From NCBI RefSeq assembly GCF_009914755.1, contig NC_060940.1: DNA of 64,000 nt, one strand, 5' to 3'. The DNA comes from the human T2T-CHM13v2.0 reference genome, Homo sapiens. The position numbers and the translations under genes are program-made. The notes beneath the pieces are model-generated. The model saw nothing but the letters and a program-made list of their open reading frames with translations, did no database searches and was not told the origin of the DNA. Position 1 is the stretch's first letter, and each line of letters begins with the position of its first letter. Below, piece by piece: positions 16,270-35,976 of this stretch.

Positions 16270-16905
16270 TTTTTAACATAATTTTCTAAGGCTGAAAATA
16301 CGTACAAACAGTAAAATACCCAAATCTTAACTGTACAGCCCAATACTTTTTTTGTTTTTAAACAAACTTAGCCCTTCTGCGTATCCAGTACTCAAATCAT
16401 GAAATTTTATATTATTACTTCTTCTAGACACTATTTCATAGGGTAGCTCCTATGGTGATTTGGAACATAACTGATTAGTTTTACAATTTTTAGTGGATTA
16501 GATCATAGAATATGTTCTGTATCTTGCTTCTTTCATTCAATATTTAGTTTATAAGATTTGTCAATCTTTTTGCATATAGTTGTAACTTGTTAGTTCTCAT
16601 TGCTATATACTATACCATTATACAAATATAATGTTCAATTCGTGGTTATTTTGAACGGTGCTTCTCTGAGCATTCATGTATTTGTCTTTTGGTAAATATT
16701 GCTGCGTATATGCTCAGGGTCATAGAATATGGTTAGATTTAGCACACATGGGAAATGGTGGTGTCCGTCAGTTTACATTTTCATCCACAATGGGAGAGAG
16801 TTCCAGTTGCTCCACATCTTTGCCAACACTTGGTATCATTTCTCTTTTTCATTTGAACTGTTCTGATGTGTATGTGTCACTATTTCAATTGTGGTTATTT
16901 TGAAC
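16270..16905 (-). mobile_element. Old L1M fragment
   Basis: GAGAGTTCCAGTTGCTCCACATCTTTGCCAACACTTGGTAT is typical of the L1M 3' region. Confidence 0.65.
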
Positions 16906-17419
16906 ATTACAAAATTGGCAAAGAATAACTGATTTTATTAAATCATATTTCATTTGAAGTAATGTGTGTCTACTTTGCAGTATTTTCCCTTATTTACATG
17001 ATTCATAAGAAGAGTGATTGTGAGATAGTCAACAATATAACAGCTTGGAATGAGATTTTTGATCAGCTATAATTCTAATGTATTTTATCTAAATATTATT
17101 TTACTGTATTAGTAACTGTGATCATTAAGAACAGAAACAAAAGGTAAGCAAGTCCTTAGATTAACATGAAACAACATTCCTGCCTTTTGAAAGAAACTTT
17201 TCTGGCCTGTAAGTAAATGATGTAAATCAATTAATAGCTTAACTGAAATTAAGAGATGAGTCTCAGTTTTCATTGCCTATATTATATCTGTGTTTCTGCA
17301 GGAACAGAAAAACAGTATGACAAACCTACAGTCTGCTAGTTTCTTCTCACCCTGCCAACAACTGTTATATTACTGTTTAGCTGGTTATATGCAACCATTT
17401 GTTGAGGAGGATTGTTTTG

Positions 17420-17620
17420 TTTTGCTTAGTTTTACTTTTTAAGGCAGAGTCTTGCTCTGTTGCCCAGGCTTGAGGTCTATGAGTTTTATACTCATAGTCA
17501 CATGGTCAATGAGATGTAATCACAGCTCACTGCAGCCTTAATCTCCTGGGCTCACATGATCGCCCTGCCTCTGCTTCCTGAGTAGCTGGGACTACAGGTG
17601 CATGCCACCAAACCCAGCTT
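17420..17620 (-). mobile_element. Old Alu arm (AluJ-like) carrying a ~45-bp non-Alu insertion
   Basis: GAGTCTTGCTCTGTTGCCCAGGCT[insert]ATCACAGCTCACTGCAGCC...GTAGCTGGGACTACAGG. Confidence 0.85.
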
Positions 17621-17935
17621 GTTGAGGAGAGTTTTGATGAAAATCATTCATCCCTTCTTAACTACAACCAGTGAAGCCTTAGAAAATGTAATTAGAGAAA
17701 AAAATAACATTTTTGCACCAAGCTAATTGTATCTTTACCTTTTATTAGTTGGTTTCAGGATTGACACTTATTGATGGTTCTATTTTGGAGTGCGCTTTCC
17801 CTGGGTTTAACTCCTTGCAGCACACTTTATATACACTGTGTGGCCTTACTTGAGTAACTTATGTTACTTAACTTCTCCAGATCCCAGATTCTCAACCTGT
17901 AGAATGGAAGTAATTATAATACAGATATTATATGG

Positions 17936-18345
17936 TGGGTTAGTCCAGGTCCTCCAAGAGGTAGATGTTGAAAACGAGTTATACACAAGAGGATTTTATT
18001 AAGGGAAATCCCTGTGAGAGAAAATGGAGAGGAAGCTGAGTAAGCCTGGAAGAGCTCTCAACTATGAGGCAAGTCTGACCTAGAATGAAGGAAAGAGGAA
18101 AGGAAGGTTGAGTGGAAGCATTGGAGCGTAATGTGCAGTCTAAGGAAGGGTACGAAAAGGCTTCAGGAATCCTGAGCCAAGACTGGTCCTCAGAGAAGCC
18201 CTGTGTCTCCTAAAGAGGGATGTGCATTAGCCACCTTGTGGCCCTCAGTCATTGACTGAGGGGCAGATGCAGAAACAGATTTTAGAGTGAAGCAGCAAGT
18301 GGCCGTAGGCAGTTAGGCTTCCCATACTTTGAGGTCTATGAGTTT
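17936..18345 (-). mobile_element. ERVL LTR (LTR16-like), interrupted near its end by an L1; remainder at ~19106-19136
   Basis: GGTTAGTCCAGGTCCTCCAAGAGG...CAGTCATTGACTGAGGG; family name from recall. Confidence 0.55.
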
Positions 18346-19105
18346 ATTTATTTATTTATTATTTATTTATTTAAATTATTCTTTAAGCTCTGGGTTACAT
18401 GTGCAGAACTTGCAGTTTTGTTACATAGGTATACACGTGCCATGGTGGTTTGCTGCACCCATCAACCCGACACCTACATTAGGTATTTCTCCTAATGTTA
18501 TCCCTCCCCTACCCCCCACCCCCCACCCCCCACAGGCCCCAGTGTGTGATGATCCCCTCCCTGTGTCCATGTGTTCTCATTGTTCAACTCCCAATTATGA
18601 GTGAGAACATGCAGACTTTAATTTTCTGATCTTGTGATAGTTTGCTGAAAATGATGGTTTCCAGCTTCATCCATGTCCCTGCAAAGGACATGAACTCATC
18701 CTTTTTATGGCTGCATAGTATTGCATGTTGTATATGTGCCACATTTTCTTAGTCCAGTCTATCACTGATGGGCATTTGGGTTGGTTCCAAGTCTTTGCTA
18801 TTGTGAATAGTGCCACAATAAACATACGTGAGAATGTGTAGAATGATTTATAATCCTTTGGGTATATGCCCAGTAATGGGATTGCTGGGTCAAATGCTAT
18901 TTCTAGTTCTAGATCCTTGAGGAATTGCCACACTGTCTTCCATACAATGGTTGAACTAATTTACACTCTCACCAGCAGTGTAAAAGCATTCCTATTTTAC
19001 CACAACCTCTCCAGCATCTGTTGTTCCCTGACTTTTTAAGGATTGTCATTCTAACTGGAGTGAGATGGTATCTCATTGTGGTTTAGATTTGCATTTCTCT
19101 AATGA
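18346..19105 (-). mobile_element. 5'-truncated L1PA (~760 bp) with TSD TCTATGAGTTT
   Basis: (TTTA)n tail, L1PA 3'UTR, ORF2 C-terminus (WQFLKDLELEIAFDPAIPLLGIYPKDYKS...AKTWNQPKCPS). TSD at 18335-18345 and 19109-19119. Confidence 0.93.
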
Positions 19106-19341
19106 AGTTCTATGAGTTTCTTACTCACGGTCACTAAAAGATGTTTATTATGAATGGAAATCTCCAGATAGAGTAAAGCAATGCCTAAATCATAGTTATG
19201 CACTTATCGATTTATTTATTCATATTATTCATTATCATTATGAATATTCAACACATTAATAAAAGAGCCACATATGCAATCTACTTGGGGTATTGGGAGA
19301 GTAAAGAATAACATAGCAGTGCTACAGATAATTTAAGAAAC

Positions 19342-19345
<4 letters not shown>

Positions 19346-19430
<85 letters not shown>
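19346..19430. repeat. Compound (CT)n(AT)n microsatellite
   Basis: Seen directly. Confidence 0.95.
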
Positions 19431-19434
<4 letters not shown>

Positions 19435-19660
19435 CACAGGTATAATTATTTTCCTTCTACTATTTGTTATTGATGTATACTGCCAAATCCCTAACGGAAA
19501 CTGGAATAGTTAACTCTAAGCTCCCCCCATGCCTACAAAAAGAAGTGGGTTCAAAGTTATTTTTTAAATCGAAAGATTTATTAATATTATTTTTATCATG
19601 TCCAATTGATATTATGATTATCAAAAAGTTTAATCACTTATTATTACTTGAAGGACCTAG

Positions 19661-19973
<313 letters not shown>

Positions 19974-20261
19974 TGTTCCACTTCTTAAAACTGGTCACTG
20001 GAAGTACATCGTCTTGGGAAGAACTGGATATTTCTTGAAACCCCTTTCATATAGCCATATTCTCAAACATAGAACCTTCTTTTATGTTTTTCAAAGATTT
20101 TTTCCATTACTGTAGAAAATTCAGAGGGTGTTTATGGATAGTGCAGTACTCTGCTCAAATATAGGGAATGAAAGTTACATTAAAATATTTTTTTGCTGAA
20201 AAGTATTATGATATTTAATGTAAGCAAACAAATTACTCAGATGATAGTGTTTTGTTTTAAC

Positions 20262-20462
20262 TTTTTAAATGTCTTATTTCAATAGCTTTTGGAACACAAG
20301 TGGTTTAAGTAACGTGGATAACTTGTATAGTGGTGAAGTCTGAGATTTTATTGCACCTGTCACCTGAGTAGTGTACATTGTACCAAACATGTAGCTTTTT
20401 TAATCCCTCACCCGCCTGCCAACTTCCCCCTTACGAATCTCCAGAGCCCATTATACCACTCA
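20262..20462 (-). mobile_element. L1PB/L1MA 3' end fragment
   Basis: TATAGTGGTGAAGTCTGAGATTTTATTGCACCTGTCACCTGAGTAGTGTACATTGTACC. Confidence 0.7.
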
Positions 20463-21676
20463 GTGGAGAGTCTTCAACATTCACGGTGGAATCTTCAGGA
20501 TGTGGCCCTCTATCCATTGCTTTCCACCGTTTGTACTCTCTGCTTTGTAAATAGAGGTCCGTTCTCCCTGTCTGCCTTGTTCACGTACCTTTGCCGTTTT
20601 CCTTGCTAGGATGACATCGTTTGCCCTGAAGTTCTCATTAACCATACCATAGATGTCCTCTTCTTACCTCAATACATCCAAGGCTACCTCAAGTTATAAC
20701 TTCTCCTTTAGTTTTTCCCTAGTGTCTGAGTCCAAATGGACTTCTCTATATCCAGAATATCTACTACTTGTCTTATTTTTCCTCACACTTGGCACGTGCA
20801 GTTCCTTCCAGCTACTTTCATAATGTTGTATTTTAACGGTTCAGTTGTGTTTATATTTCACTATTCTGTCAGGCAAACAAGGGTATTCGCATGGCTGAAA
20901 ACTATGGTATTTTTTAAGTGTAATAAAATGTAATGAATAAACATACAAATGAATGAGTTAATTAATATATTATATTCTTGGTTAAGTAATAAGCATTATG
21001 AGGACAAAAATTGAGTCTTACACCTTCTTATAATCCTAAAGACCTCGTACAGGACTTGGAATATAGCATGCACTTAAGACATCTTTGTGACTAATGAATT
21101 TAAATATTTTTATTAATTCTAAGTTGACATATGATTGTAATTTGGGGAAGGTAGTGAAATTTCAAATGGCTTTCACCACCTGTGAAATGACCCTTTTACA
21201 TACCACATGATTTACCAGATCTTTGTTTAGGTGAACCTAGGTGAAAGCGGATTGTTTCCTCTACTTAGGAAATACTTTGCGTATTTTAGTTGCTTATAAA
21301 TGTGATGATTTTAATTTGTACAGTTATAGTTTATGATATTGACTTGTACAGTTATATATATGTTTACATATTATATATTGCATATGGTTATACTATGTAT
21401 AATTTTATTTTTCTAAAATAAAGAATATTATTACACATTAACAAAATAGATATAACTGTTTTCCTTCTACTATTTGTTATTGGTGTATACTGCCAAATCC
21501 CTGATGGATACTGAAATTCTTATCTCTAAGCCCCTCTATGCCTACAAAAAATGGGCTCAAGGTTATTTTAAAAATCAAAGAGTTTATTAATAATATTATT
21601 TTTTATCATGTCCAATTGATACTATCATTATTAAAAAGTTTAATCACTTATTTCTTGAAGGACTTAATTAGGAAAT

Positions 21677-21968
21677 ATATATAATGTGTGTGTATATATA
21701 TATTCCATATATATATATACTCTATATATCCTATATATATATTCTCTCTATGTGTATCCTATATATTCTCTATATATATTCTATATATATATATATTCTC
21801 TATATATTCTATATATTTATTCTCTATATATTCTATATATATTTTCTATGTCTTCTCTCTATATATTCTCTATGTATTCTCTACATATTCTCTCTATATA
21901 TTCTATATATAATTCTATATATAGTCTATATATGTATTCTATATAAATACACACACACACATATATAG
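21677..21968. repeat. TA-rich low-complexity tract, ~(TATATATTCTC)n
   Basis: Seen directly; it explains the Y/I-rich ORFs in all three frames. Confidence 0.92.
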
Positions 21969-22370
21969 TAGCCTAATATTTAAAACATAAGATTGGGACT
22001 GCCTAAAATAAGCTGACCCAGACCATAGGGGTACAGACATACGGATACTTCAGCAAGAACTGGTAACAAAGTGAGATATATGTTAACTCTTTGTAGCATA
22101 TTGTTAAGTAGTATTAAAAAACAAGTAATTTTTGGTTGGGTCCATTGAGAGAATAACATTATTTTTAGAATGATCTAATGGCACGATAAACATTCTAGCA
22201 TTTTACCTGGAAAAACATTATAGCTGTGCCAGTTTCTGTTCCAAGAAAAAAATACATTGGTGTATTCTCTAAAGGAGGAAATTCTGACCTCAACTATGTT
22301 CAGATAGCTGTGGCAGATAATACTCTGATCAGGTACTAAGTCATATATCTTTCACATTTCCCTTTGCTAG

Positions 22371-22491
22371 TTATACTCAGCGTGTGGTTGGAAATGGAAT
22401 CAAAGCCCAGTCTGGAACTCCTGAAGTCAAAGTCAAAGGAACTGATCCTGTGATAAATCAGATTATTGATAAACTGAAGCATGTTATTCAG
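22371..22491 (+). pseudogene. GPC5: Orphan duplicated glypican-5 exon (exon 6-like), 121 bp
   Basis: tttccctttgctAG|T TAT ACT CAG...ATT CAG|GTAAGT. Translates YTQRVVGNGIKAQSGTPEVKVKGTDPVINQIIDKLKHVIQ vs recalled GPC5 YTQRVVGNGIKAQSGNPEVKVKGIDPVINQIIDKLKHVVQ. No other GPC5 exon seen in the window. Confidence 0.9.
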
Positions 22492-24564
22492 GTAAGTCCT
22501 GATCCTATATTTTTTGGTATAGCCAATAATAAATAATAAGTGGTTACTTTCTGTTATACTTGATAAATTTGTTAATCCTATCAGATAATCCTACCTAAAA
22601 TATTGTAGCACATTATTTGCATCAGGACTTTTGGAAAGATTTAGTTTAATGATTTTTGTATGCAGTCAATATGCAGCGGTAATTTAATGTTGGACAATCT
22701 GTATATGTGAAAAGCAAGCCTCAGCCTCGGCCTTTCAATGATGAGAATCTCAGGACATGCGTTGTCCTCAGTGAATAACTTTGAACATGGGAATCACTGT
22801 GACCATTAAAGAAAACACATGTAAGGCCATGGAAGATGCCAGAGTTATCTTTCAGGTAATTCTCTGAATGTTGCTCTAAGGTTTTTGCAGCATTTCAATA
22901 CAAGTTAGGTCATAGATGAAGAATATGTGTTTCTAATATTGATTTACAATATCACCTTTCGTATGTTATCTTATAATCTACCTAATGGTTGTTTATGAAA
23001 TACTTCTGTCTTATCTTCAATAATATTTTTCATCAAGTGAATGTGTATTGCTGTTTTTAATACATGGCAAATGAAGCATGAACATATTTATCAAAATAAT
23101 ATTTCATTGAAATAGTCTATTAATTAGAACCAAACATTATGTTGCATGTTGTAAATATTATCCTCCACTCTGCATCTATTGATGTTTGGGGAAAGGAAGG
23201 CTTTTCTTTTTAGTTAATGGTCATTTTATAAAAATTTATATTTGAATATACTTTCATTTTTCCTAAGCAAAACTTTGTATGGGTAGTTGATGCTTATTTC
23301 TAGTATCGTGGGTCAGAAACAACACCTAAATAGTACAGAGTTTTTATTGCATACAACATATTTCAGAGTCAGTGGTAGGCTTCTCATAATTGTCCTGCCA
23401 AGACGAAGCTTAAATTTATGCAGAGCCAGTTCCTGGGTTTCCATTTTTCACAAGAGTCCCTATATCTCAAGGAGAGGATGTGTAAGAAGGACTTGGGGGT
23501 TGGTGTCAAATACCATAGACTTCTCCCTTCTGCGAGGTAATAATGCTTATTCTACCATAGATACCTATAGAGAACAGAGCTGTCACCCTTGCTGTCAAAA
23601 CCAAAAATAAATTCTACTGGAAAAGTCTAAGAGAGAAGTGGTGTCATGACTACTGATGAGTCAAACCTCCCAGCCTCTGCTGAGCTGGTCCAGTTGGTAC
23701 CTCATAGTATCGTCCACTGTAGTATAATATGTACAGCTAGATTATTTGAAAATTCAAGTGCATAATTGATAACAAAACCAAAAGAGCTTTAACATTAATC
23801 AGCTCCTCTCATTGAGGAGTGAGTACAATCTCACTGTGAGGGCACGGTGAAATCTTAGGGGTTTCTTAAGTGGGGTAAGCATTCCACAGAGGGTGGAGGA
23901 AGAAAACCTAGACCTTAAGTATATATGTATTCCATCTCATTCTTTTATATTTCTTTGGTTGTAGTAAGGTATATAAAATATGTAATATACTAGTGCAATA
24001 GCACATACATATAATTTATAAATACATAAATATACATATTAACTGGACATCTGTTCAGGTTGTTTTTCTAAGATATATACAAGATGAAAGCAGAACAGAA
24101 ACCCTGTTGTGGATAATAAGGATGGAGCTGTTCCATAAGAAGTGCAGTTAGAAGTAAACACATTCACAGAGGAACACGTAGATACCCAAGATAGAAAGGA
24201 TTATAAAAACCCTTAGGAGGAGGGTTCACATATTTATTACCCATTCAGCAACTCCCCTCCCCATTTCTTGTTTTGTAGGTTTCAAAGCCTTTTCAAGGTG
24301 GCAGAGGGAAGTCATCCTGCCTTTCTTTTTTAGTTTCTGTGTGAACTTGAGTCCCATTCTTTCTTCTTTATGGAAGTGTGCAGATCTCCAATTATTCATG
24401 CTTAAGTTTCATTCTGGGGTTGCAAGAGAATATCAAATGCAACGCTGCCTTTGAGGTCTATCCTTTTAAGGTCTGCTAGAATTATATGATAGAAATTTAG
24501 ATTTTTATAGAGGAGAGCAGAAAGTCCTATCTTGCACAGGTGTCACTGAAACATTCACCTTTAA

Positions 24565-24940
<376 letters not shown>

Positions 24941-25479
24941 TACTTTGCCAAACTTTTGACTACTGATAATGTACGCGTGCCCTGGCAGGGATGGCCATTG
25001 TACTGTCAGTATCAAGGAATGGGTAACAGCACCCACCACAATGTCAGCTACGAAAGGATTCAGAAAATAGCCTTCTGTAAGTCAGAATTTATTAATTTAG
25101 GAGTAGGGCCATGGAAGATGTCAACATAGGAATAGGTTTCAGATTCTAAACTGTAGATTTAGATGATCACTTCTTAGTGTTTGTATAAAATTTACTTTAT
25201 TTTTTATTATAATATTAAGTTCACTGTCCACCTTTATACTATGAAAAATGCCATCTCTCTCAATAGGGACATACCTGTATTGAAGTATACGGAAGGAAAT
25301 CAGCCATAAAAGCAAAAATTGCCTGCATAGACTCACCCAAAAATGCCTTTCTCGGCCTGCCATTAATATGAACCTCATTTCTACCTAGAATTGTCTGCAA
25401 TTAGAGTCATTAAGGAAGTAGAAAAAGATTTTTACTTGGAAAATGGCACTTTTTAATGTTTTAATAATTAATTCATTCA

Positions 25480-26800
<1,321 letters not shown>

Positions 26801-27011
26801 CTGTCACCTTTCCTTTACAGTATAAATTCACACCAAAATTATTAGTGGAGACTATAAGACAATGGAATCATAAAAAAAAATTGTACTGCAAAAACCTATG
26901 AATGGATAAAACATTTTATTAATTGTATTTGGCACCTTGTATATACTTAGTTGATCTAGGACAGAGAAGATACTTAGTAACATTCATTTTTTCTTACTGT
27001 AAGAATAATGA

Positions 27012-27100
27012 CCCAGGAGGCGGAGGCTGCAGTGAGCTGAGATCAGGCCACTGCACTCTAGCTGCAGGAGATAGAGTGAGACTCCGTCTCAAAAAATAAA
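27012..27100 (+). mobile_element. 5'-truncated Alu (last ~80 bp) with TSD AAGAATAATGA
   Basis: CCCAGGAGGCGGAGGCTGCAGTGAG...CTCAAAAAATAA, flanked by the TSD. Confidence 0.88.
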
Positions 27101-29147
27101 AGAATAATGAATGCTCATCAGAGGGAATTGAATTTTATTATTCTAGGAAATCTGATGGAAAAAGTGAAAAATAAATATTGATACATTTATAAAACAATGA
27201 AAAGACTTATAAGAGAAGCCATCTAGGCTTTTTTCTATACTTAATTATACATATAAATACATCAATACTTTACTTAAAAAAATAAGACCGTAGGGCACGT
27301 TTGATTTTATGATCTGAACTGCTCACCTGACCACACAAAACAAATATTTTACCATGGCATTAAATATCCTGCTATCTGGTTGTCAGTGCTGGCATATTTT
27401 TCTATCATATGGAAAGATTACAGTTTTACTTCATCCAGTCACCTAAAGTTGGATATTTAGCTTGTGACCAGATTTTCATGATAATAAAGACTAATAGGAA
27501 TATCAGCAGACATAAAATGTTTTTGGCATCTTTTTTTTTCTTGTAATGCATTCTACATATTGAAACTAATAATTGTATTTTGATACATATTGCCACGTTT
27601 TTCTCAAGGAAAATTATAGATAACAGAAAGTGTCAGCTTTCTCTGTGTGTTAAGGTTGTGGGTGGAAGCTTGGCAGTGACTCTCAGACATATTGGTATGG
27701 AACACCACTGGACTCTCTAGAGATCAAGGCAGCAGTCCTGTAGAAATGTTAGCCTGAGCTGTGTGTCACCTGGGAGTACTCCAAGGATGACCAAAAGAAA
27801 TATTTTAGTTAGAAGACAATTTATAAGAAAAGTTTAGAGGCTTCCTAGAGAGGTCATAGCATACACAATTTTATTTCATCCTTTAGGACAAGCCCTATAT
27901 GTATGTTCTGCACACATCCCCTCCCGCACCCTCCTCAAAAAAAAAAAAAAAAAGCTGAGATCTGATGTAAATAGATAACTGGATTATAGCTTGGTCCATA
28001 AGGAATATCTCAGAAACTTCAATATTCCTTCACCCCCTCTGCAAATCCTTCTGAATTGAGAATGGGAACCTTGGCAACAGAGGGGAGTCATGAACCTCCC
28101 TTTTCCATCTGTGACTCTGACATCTTCCTCTGGGTCAGCCATTGTGCAAACTCTCACTTAATTTCTGGCAGTTTCCTGCATTCCAGACCTGTTTGTGAAA
28201 TAGGCAATATTTGTCCCTTTGAAAATCACCTGTGATAAATGTGGTATAGCCCATGGCCAGTGAAGATTTTCCTATGGGGAGACATATTCCTAAGTGTTAA
28301 CATTAACGTTTCCAGATGTTTGAGTCAGACTCAATTGCCCTTTAATATTATAGATTGAAAACAACATTTGGTTGATCTTAGTATATCTGATTGAGGAAAT
28401 ATGAGACCCTTTTTAATTTAGATTTGCTCACCTAGCAAACTTACTTTGAAATTTCTTGGTCATATTATGTTTGCTTACGGCAAAGTTATCAGCAAAAAAG
28501 TCACAGTTATGCAGCAATTTATCTTTAAACACTAAATGACATCTATCATTTTTCAAAGAAAATAATGTCAGCAGTTAAAATCCTAACTGCTTGAGCACTG
28601 TTAGTTGACAATTATATTGCCCCATTGCTTAGAAATTAATTGACCTACTTTCAATAAGAAACATAAAAAGTAATATCACAGCAATTTTCTGGATTTATTT
28701 TATTGCAAAACCAATAAATGTTACAGTGTCGTTAAAAGTAATAGATTTAAAAAACATTTTATTTTCTTAAACCTAACAATTCAAATAACATAAAATAATA
28801 TTACGTTTCTATTAAGCATTCATTTTTATAGAGACCAAAACTTCTTTACAAAATGTCTTCATGTATAATATAAATTAGATGTGAGAAAAGCAATAATCAT
28901 AATCATTGCCTAAATCCACAAAATAAGTAGATATTCTATAATATGTATTTCAGTAATCACAATGTAGTGGATTCAGGCAGAGATGAGAGACACTCTGATT
29001 TTAGTAGAAAAAGACTGTGCTAAATTACCTCTTTGCCTTTTTTCACTCTGTTCCTAGGATACCAATATAATAAATAGTACCTTTAGAACTGTGATACACT
29101 GAGAAAAGTTCTAATTTAAATCTCAATAGATGATTACACAGGTAGTG

Positions 29148-29150
<3 letters not shown>

Positions 29151-29183
<33 letters not shown>
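29151..29183. repeat. (CA)n microsatellite
   Basis: Seen directly. Confidence 0.95.
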
Positions 29184-29185
<2 letters not shown>

Positions 29186-30143
29186 GACAGGAGTTTTTAA
29201 AGATATTAGTATCTCGGAATTTTTGTATTCTGAAAACTGTCCAAGCTTTTATCATTAAATCACTTGTTATGAAACACACTTTAGAAACACCCTTTCCTAT
29301 TTTTAATAGCCTATGATAGTCATACAGAATGAGTTAATCATAATTGATTGGTCAATTGCTAATTCCGAATTCTTTGACCATAGCACGTCAGCTGATTCTA
29401 TGAACTTCTACAGACTCTTTCCCTTGGTCGGGGAATTGCCACAACACTCTGACTCCTTTCCCCACAACTCCATTACATGACATTGTCACCTCCCCAGGCT
29501 TATGATACTAATATTCCAGAGGGACGAACAGTTCTTGATTTTGAATAGAAATGCAGTACTGACCAAAACTGATTTAGTTTTGGTTCAGAAGGAAGCGCTG
29601 GATATGCCCTCAATAACTTTCCATGGTCATCTAATTCAGCAATTAGTTTGTCTGAGTAAATTCAATGGAAGGCTGCTTTCTCGAATGGGTAGTGTAATGC
29701 ACTGACTTCCCTATTAGACATTTCATTTAAAAACATCAATTGTCTGCATAAAACAACCATTTCCATCAGTGTACATTCAACTGGAAAGGAAAGCTTGAGG
29801 ACTTTTTTTTGAAAGTAGTGGGATTGGGGTTGGCCATTGGTAATTTCTTTTTGATTAAAGCGTATGTAATTGTTTTGTGTTGGATACAAATTTATTTATG
29901 TGGATGCCTCTGATCTTATGTTATCATTTCCCATTAAGACCTGAGCTGTTTATCTGCTGGGTTTTCTGGTCATAAAATGTTGAAAGGACGTTAAAATGTA
30001 GAACTTTTATATTTTTTATTTAGGTGACTAGGATAAATTCTGGTAATTTATAGGCTAAAACTTAAATGTATTTCTGCTTAAAATATTTTGAAATATGGTT
30101 TATTTCACAAATGAGGTTCCAAACTATAACCAGCTCTCACTAA

Positions 30144-30468
<325 letters not shown>

Positions 30469-31145
30469 AAAAGATCATTTTTAAATTATGCATCTGGGAA
30501 TATATTATCAAACCAGGCCTGAAACTTATTAAAAAGACGGTAAAATCTAATTTAACTTCATTTAATACTCCTTTCCTCTTAGTCTTATCAAAGCAAATGA
30601 GCTTGGCTTTTAATTATGAAAATGTAATTTTAATTTATAAGACATATAACAAAGCAAGATAGCTGCTAAATTCACTTTATCCTAGTAACTTCCTATTGTA
30701 TACATTCATTTTTAATGTAATAAGAAATCCTTCCAAAATTTTTAAAAGAATCACATTACCCAAGAAGAGGCTCAACATTTCTAGAAAATAAACATGTTCT
30801 TAAGACACTTAACAATTCTTGAAATGAAGACCTAACTCTTCAGGGTTTTAAAATATTTGATGTGCACTCTTTACATATATAGTTTAAATTTAATAATTAC
30901 CCTTCTCAAAAAATAAGTGAAACATACCACAAACATATCAAAGCAAGTTATTCATACTTCTCATTTAAGTAACTGTATTGTCATAGCAAAATTATTTTGT
31001 ATCATCAAAAAGCACAAAAGCCTTATTAGAATACTAATTTCAACATCTGTTTCACAGATTTGCTCATAATAGATGTTTTTCATGCTTCTGCACTAATTCA
31101 TTGAAGGACAATGTTTTACCGATTCTTGAAAAACTATCATTATCT

Positions 31146-31475
31146 GCCCCACAGTGGTGGCTCATGCCTGTAATCCTAACACTTTGGGTGGCCAAGGCTG
31201 CCGTTTTGCTTGAGCGCAGGAGTTCAAGACCAGCCTGGGCAACATGGTGAAAACTCATCTCTACCAAAAAAAAAAAAAAAAAAGTAAAAAGTTAGCCGGG
31301 CAAGGTGGCGGGCACCTGTAGTCCTAGCAACTCAGGAGGCTGAGGTAGGAGGATCACCTGGGTCTGGGAGGTTAAGGTTGTGGTGAGCCATGATTATGCC
31401 ACTGCATTCCAGTGTGGGTGACACAGTGAGACCTTGTATCAAAAATAATAATAATATAAAATAGAAAATAAAAAT
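31146..31475 (+). mobile_element. AluJ-type element
   Basis: Diverged Alu; TSD ~AAAAA(C)TATCATTATCT. Confidence 0.88.
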
Positions 31476-32484
31476 ATCATTATCTGACATTTTAAAAAGT
31501 ATATTTCCTAACCTATAAATATACTTTGTAGATTAACAAGAGAAAAATTTCAAGATATTGTAAATTTAAAACAAATCTTTATGTATAATATCATTGTAAT
31601 GTCTTTGACCAGTATCAATCTATCATGTGAGATAAAAAATATTAAACATTCATTTATTGAATAAATGAATGAAAATCATAATTACCTCGATCACTATATT
31701 TAAAATTTAAATGAAGCAGGAAAGTAAATCTTCCTAATTATCATATACTTAGCTGTTTAAAATCACTCTAATGACAAGTAATATGCTTTCACTCTTGAAT
31801 TATACTTTTAAAATGCCTGTATTGTTTCATTCACTCATGCTTCCATTAGTTCAGTGAACAAATATTGATTACTTACCCACTATGTGCCAGGTATTATGAT
31901 AGATTCAGGGAGTACAAAAATGATTAAATGAGGGGATCAGTTGGAGTGACTGTTTTCTAGAAACAATGCCTATTTCAGTTATGAACTAGTCTGTTTTGAA
32001 GAAAATGGTGAGGGAAAGCTAAAAATAATATTTTCACTTTATTCAACAAATCTTATTGAGGTCTTATTATGAATCAGGGGCTCTCCTAGGTACGGGCATA
32101 CAAAATTGATTAAGACCATACTTGCGTGCAGAAAACAAACAGAAAAGCATCTCTATAATAAAAAGGAAAAAGAGGAATCCCCTTTGTAGGTTTCATAGTT
32201 TATACTGATATTTCTGATGTCGTCTCAGAGAATTAGTCACAATTATAGGAACTCAGAAGGCATTCCGTGGAGATGAAATAGAGACTAAACTAGCAGAGAT
32301 TACTTAGTGAAATATTGTGATACCATTTATTTCAATTAGAAAATAGTTATAATTCATTTTAGAAGATATTATGGCTTACACTTAGTAGATGTGATGACTG
32401 AATAACAGGATTGTTGAATGATGGCACCTTGGTAGCCATTAGCCATTGCCACCATGATTCTGCATTAAAAAATCTATGCAAAAC

Positions 32485-35976
<3,492 letters not shown>

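Noticed and set aside
21684-21968. Y/I-rich ORFs in three frames
   Set aside because: Artefact of the TA-rich low-complexity tract.
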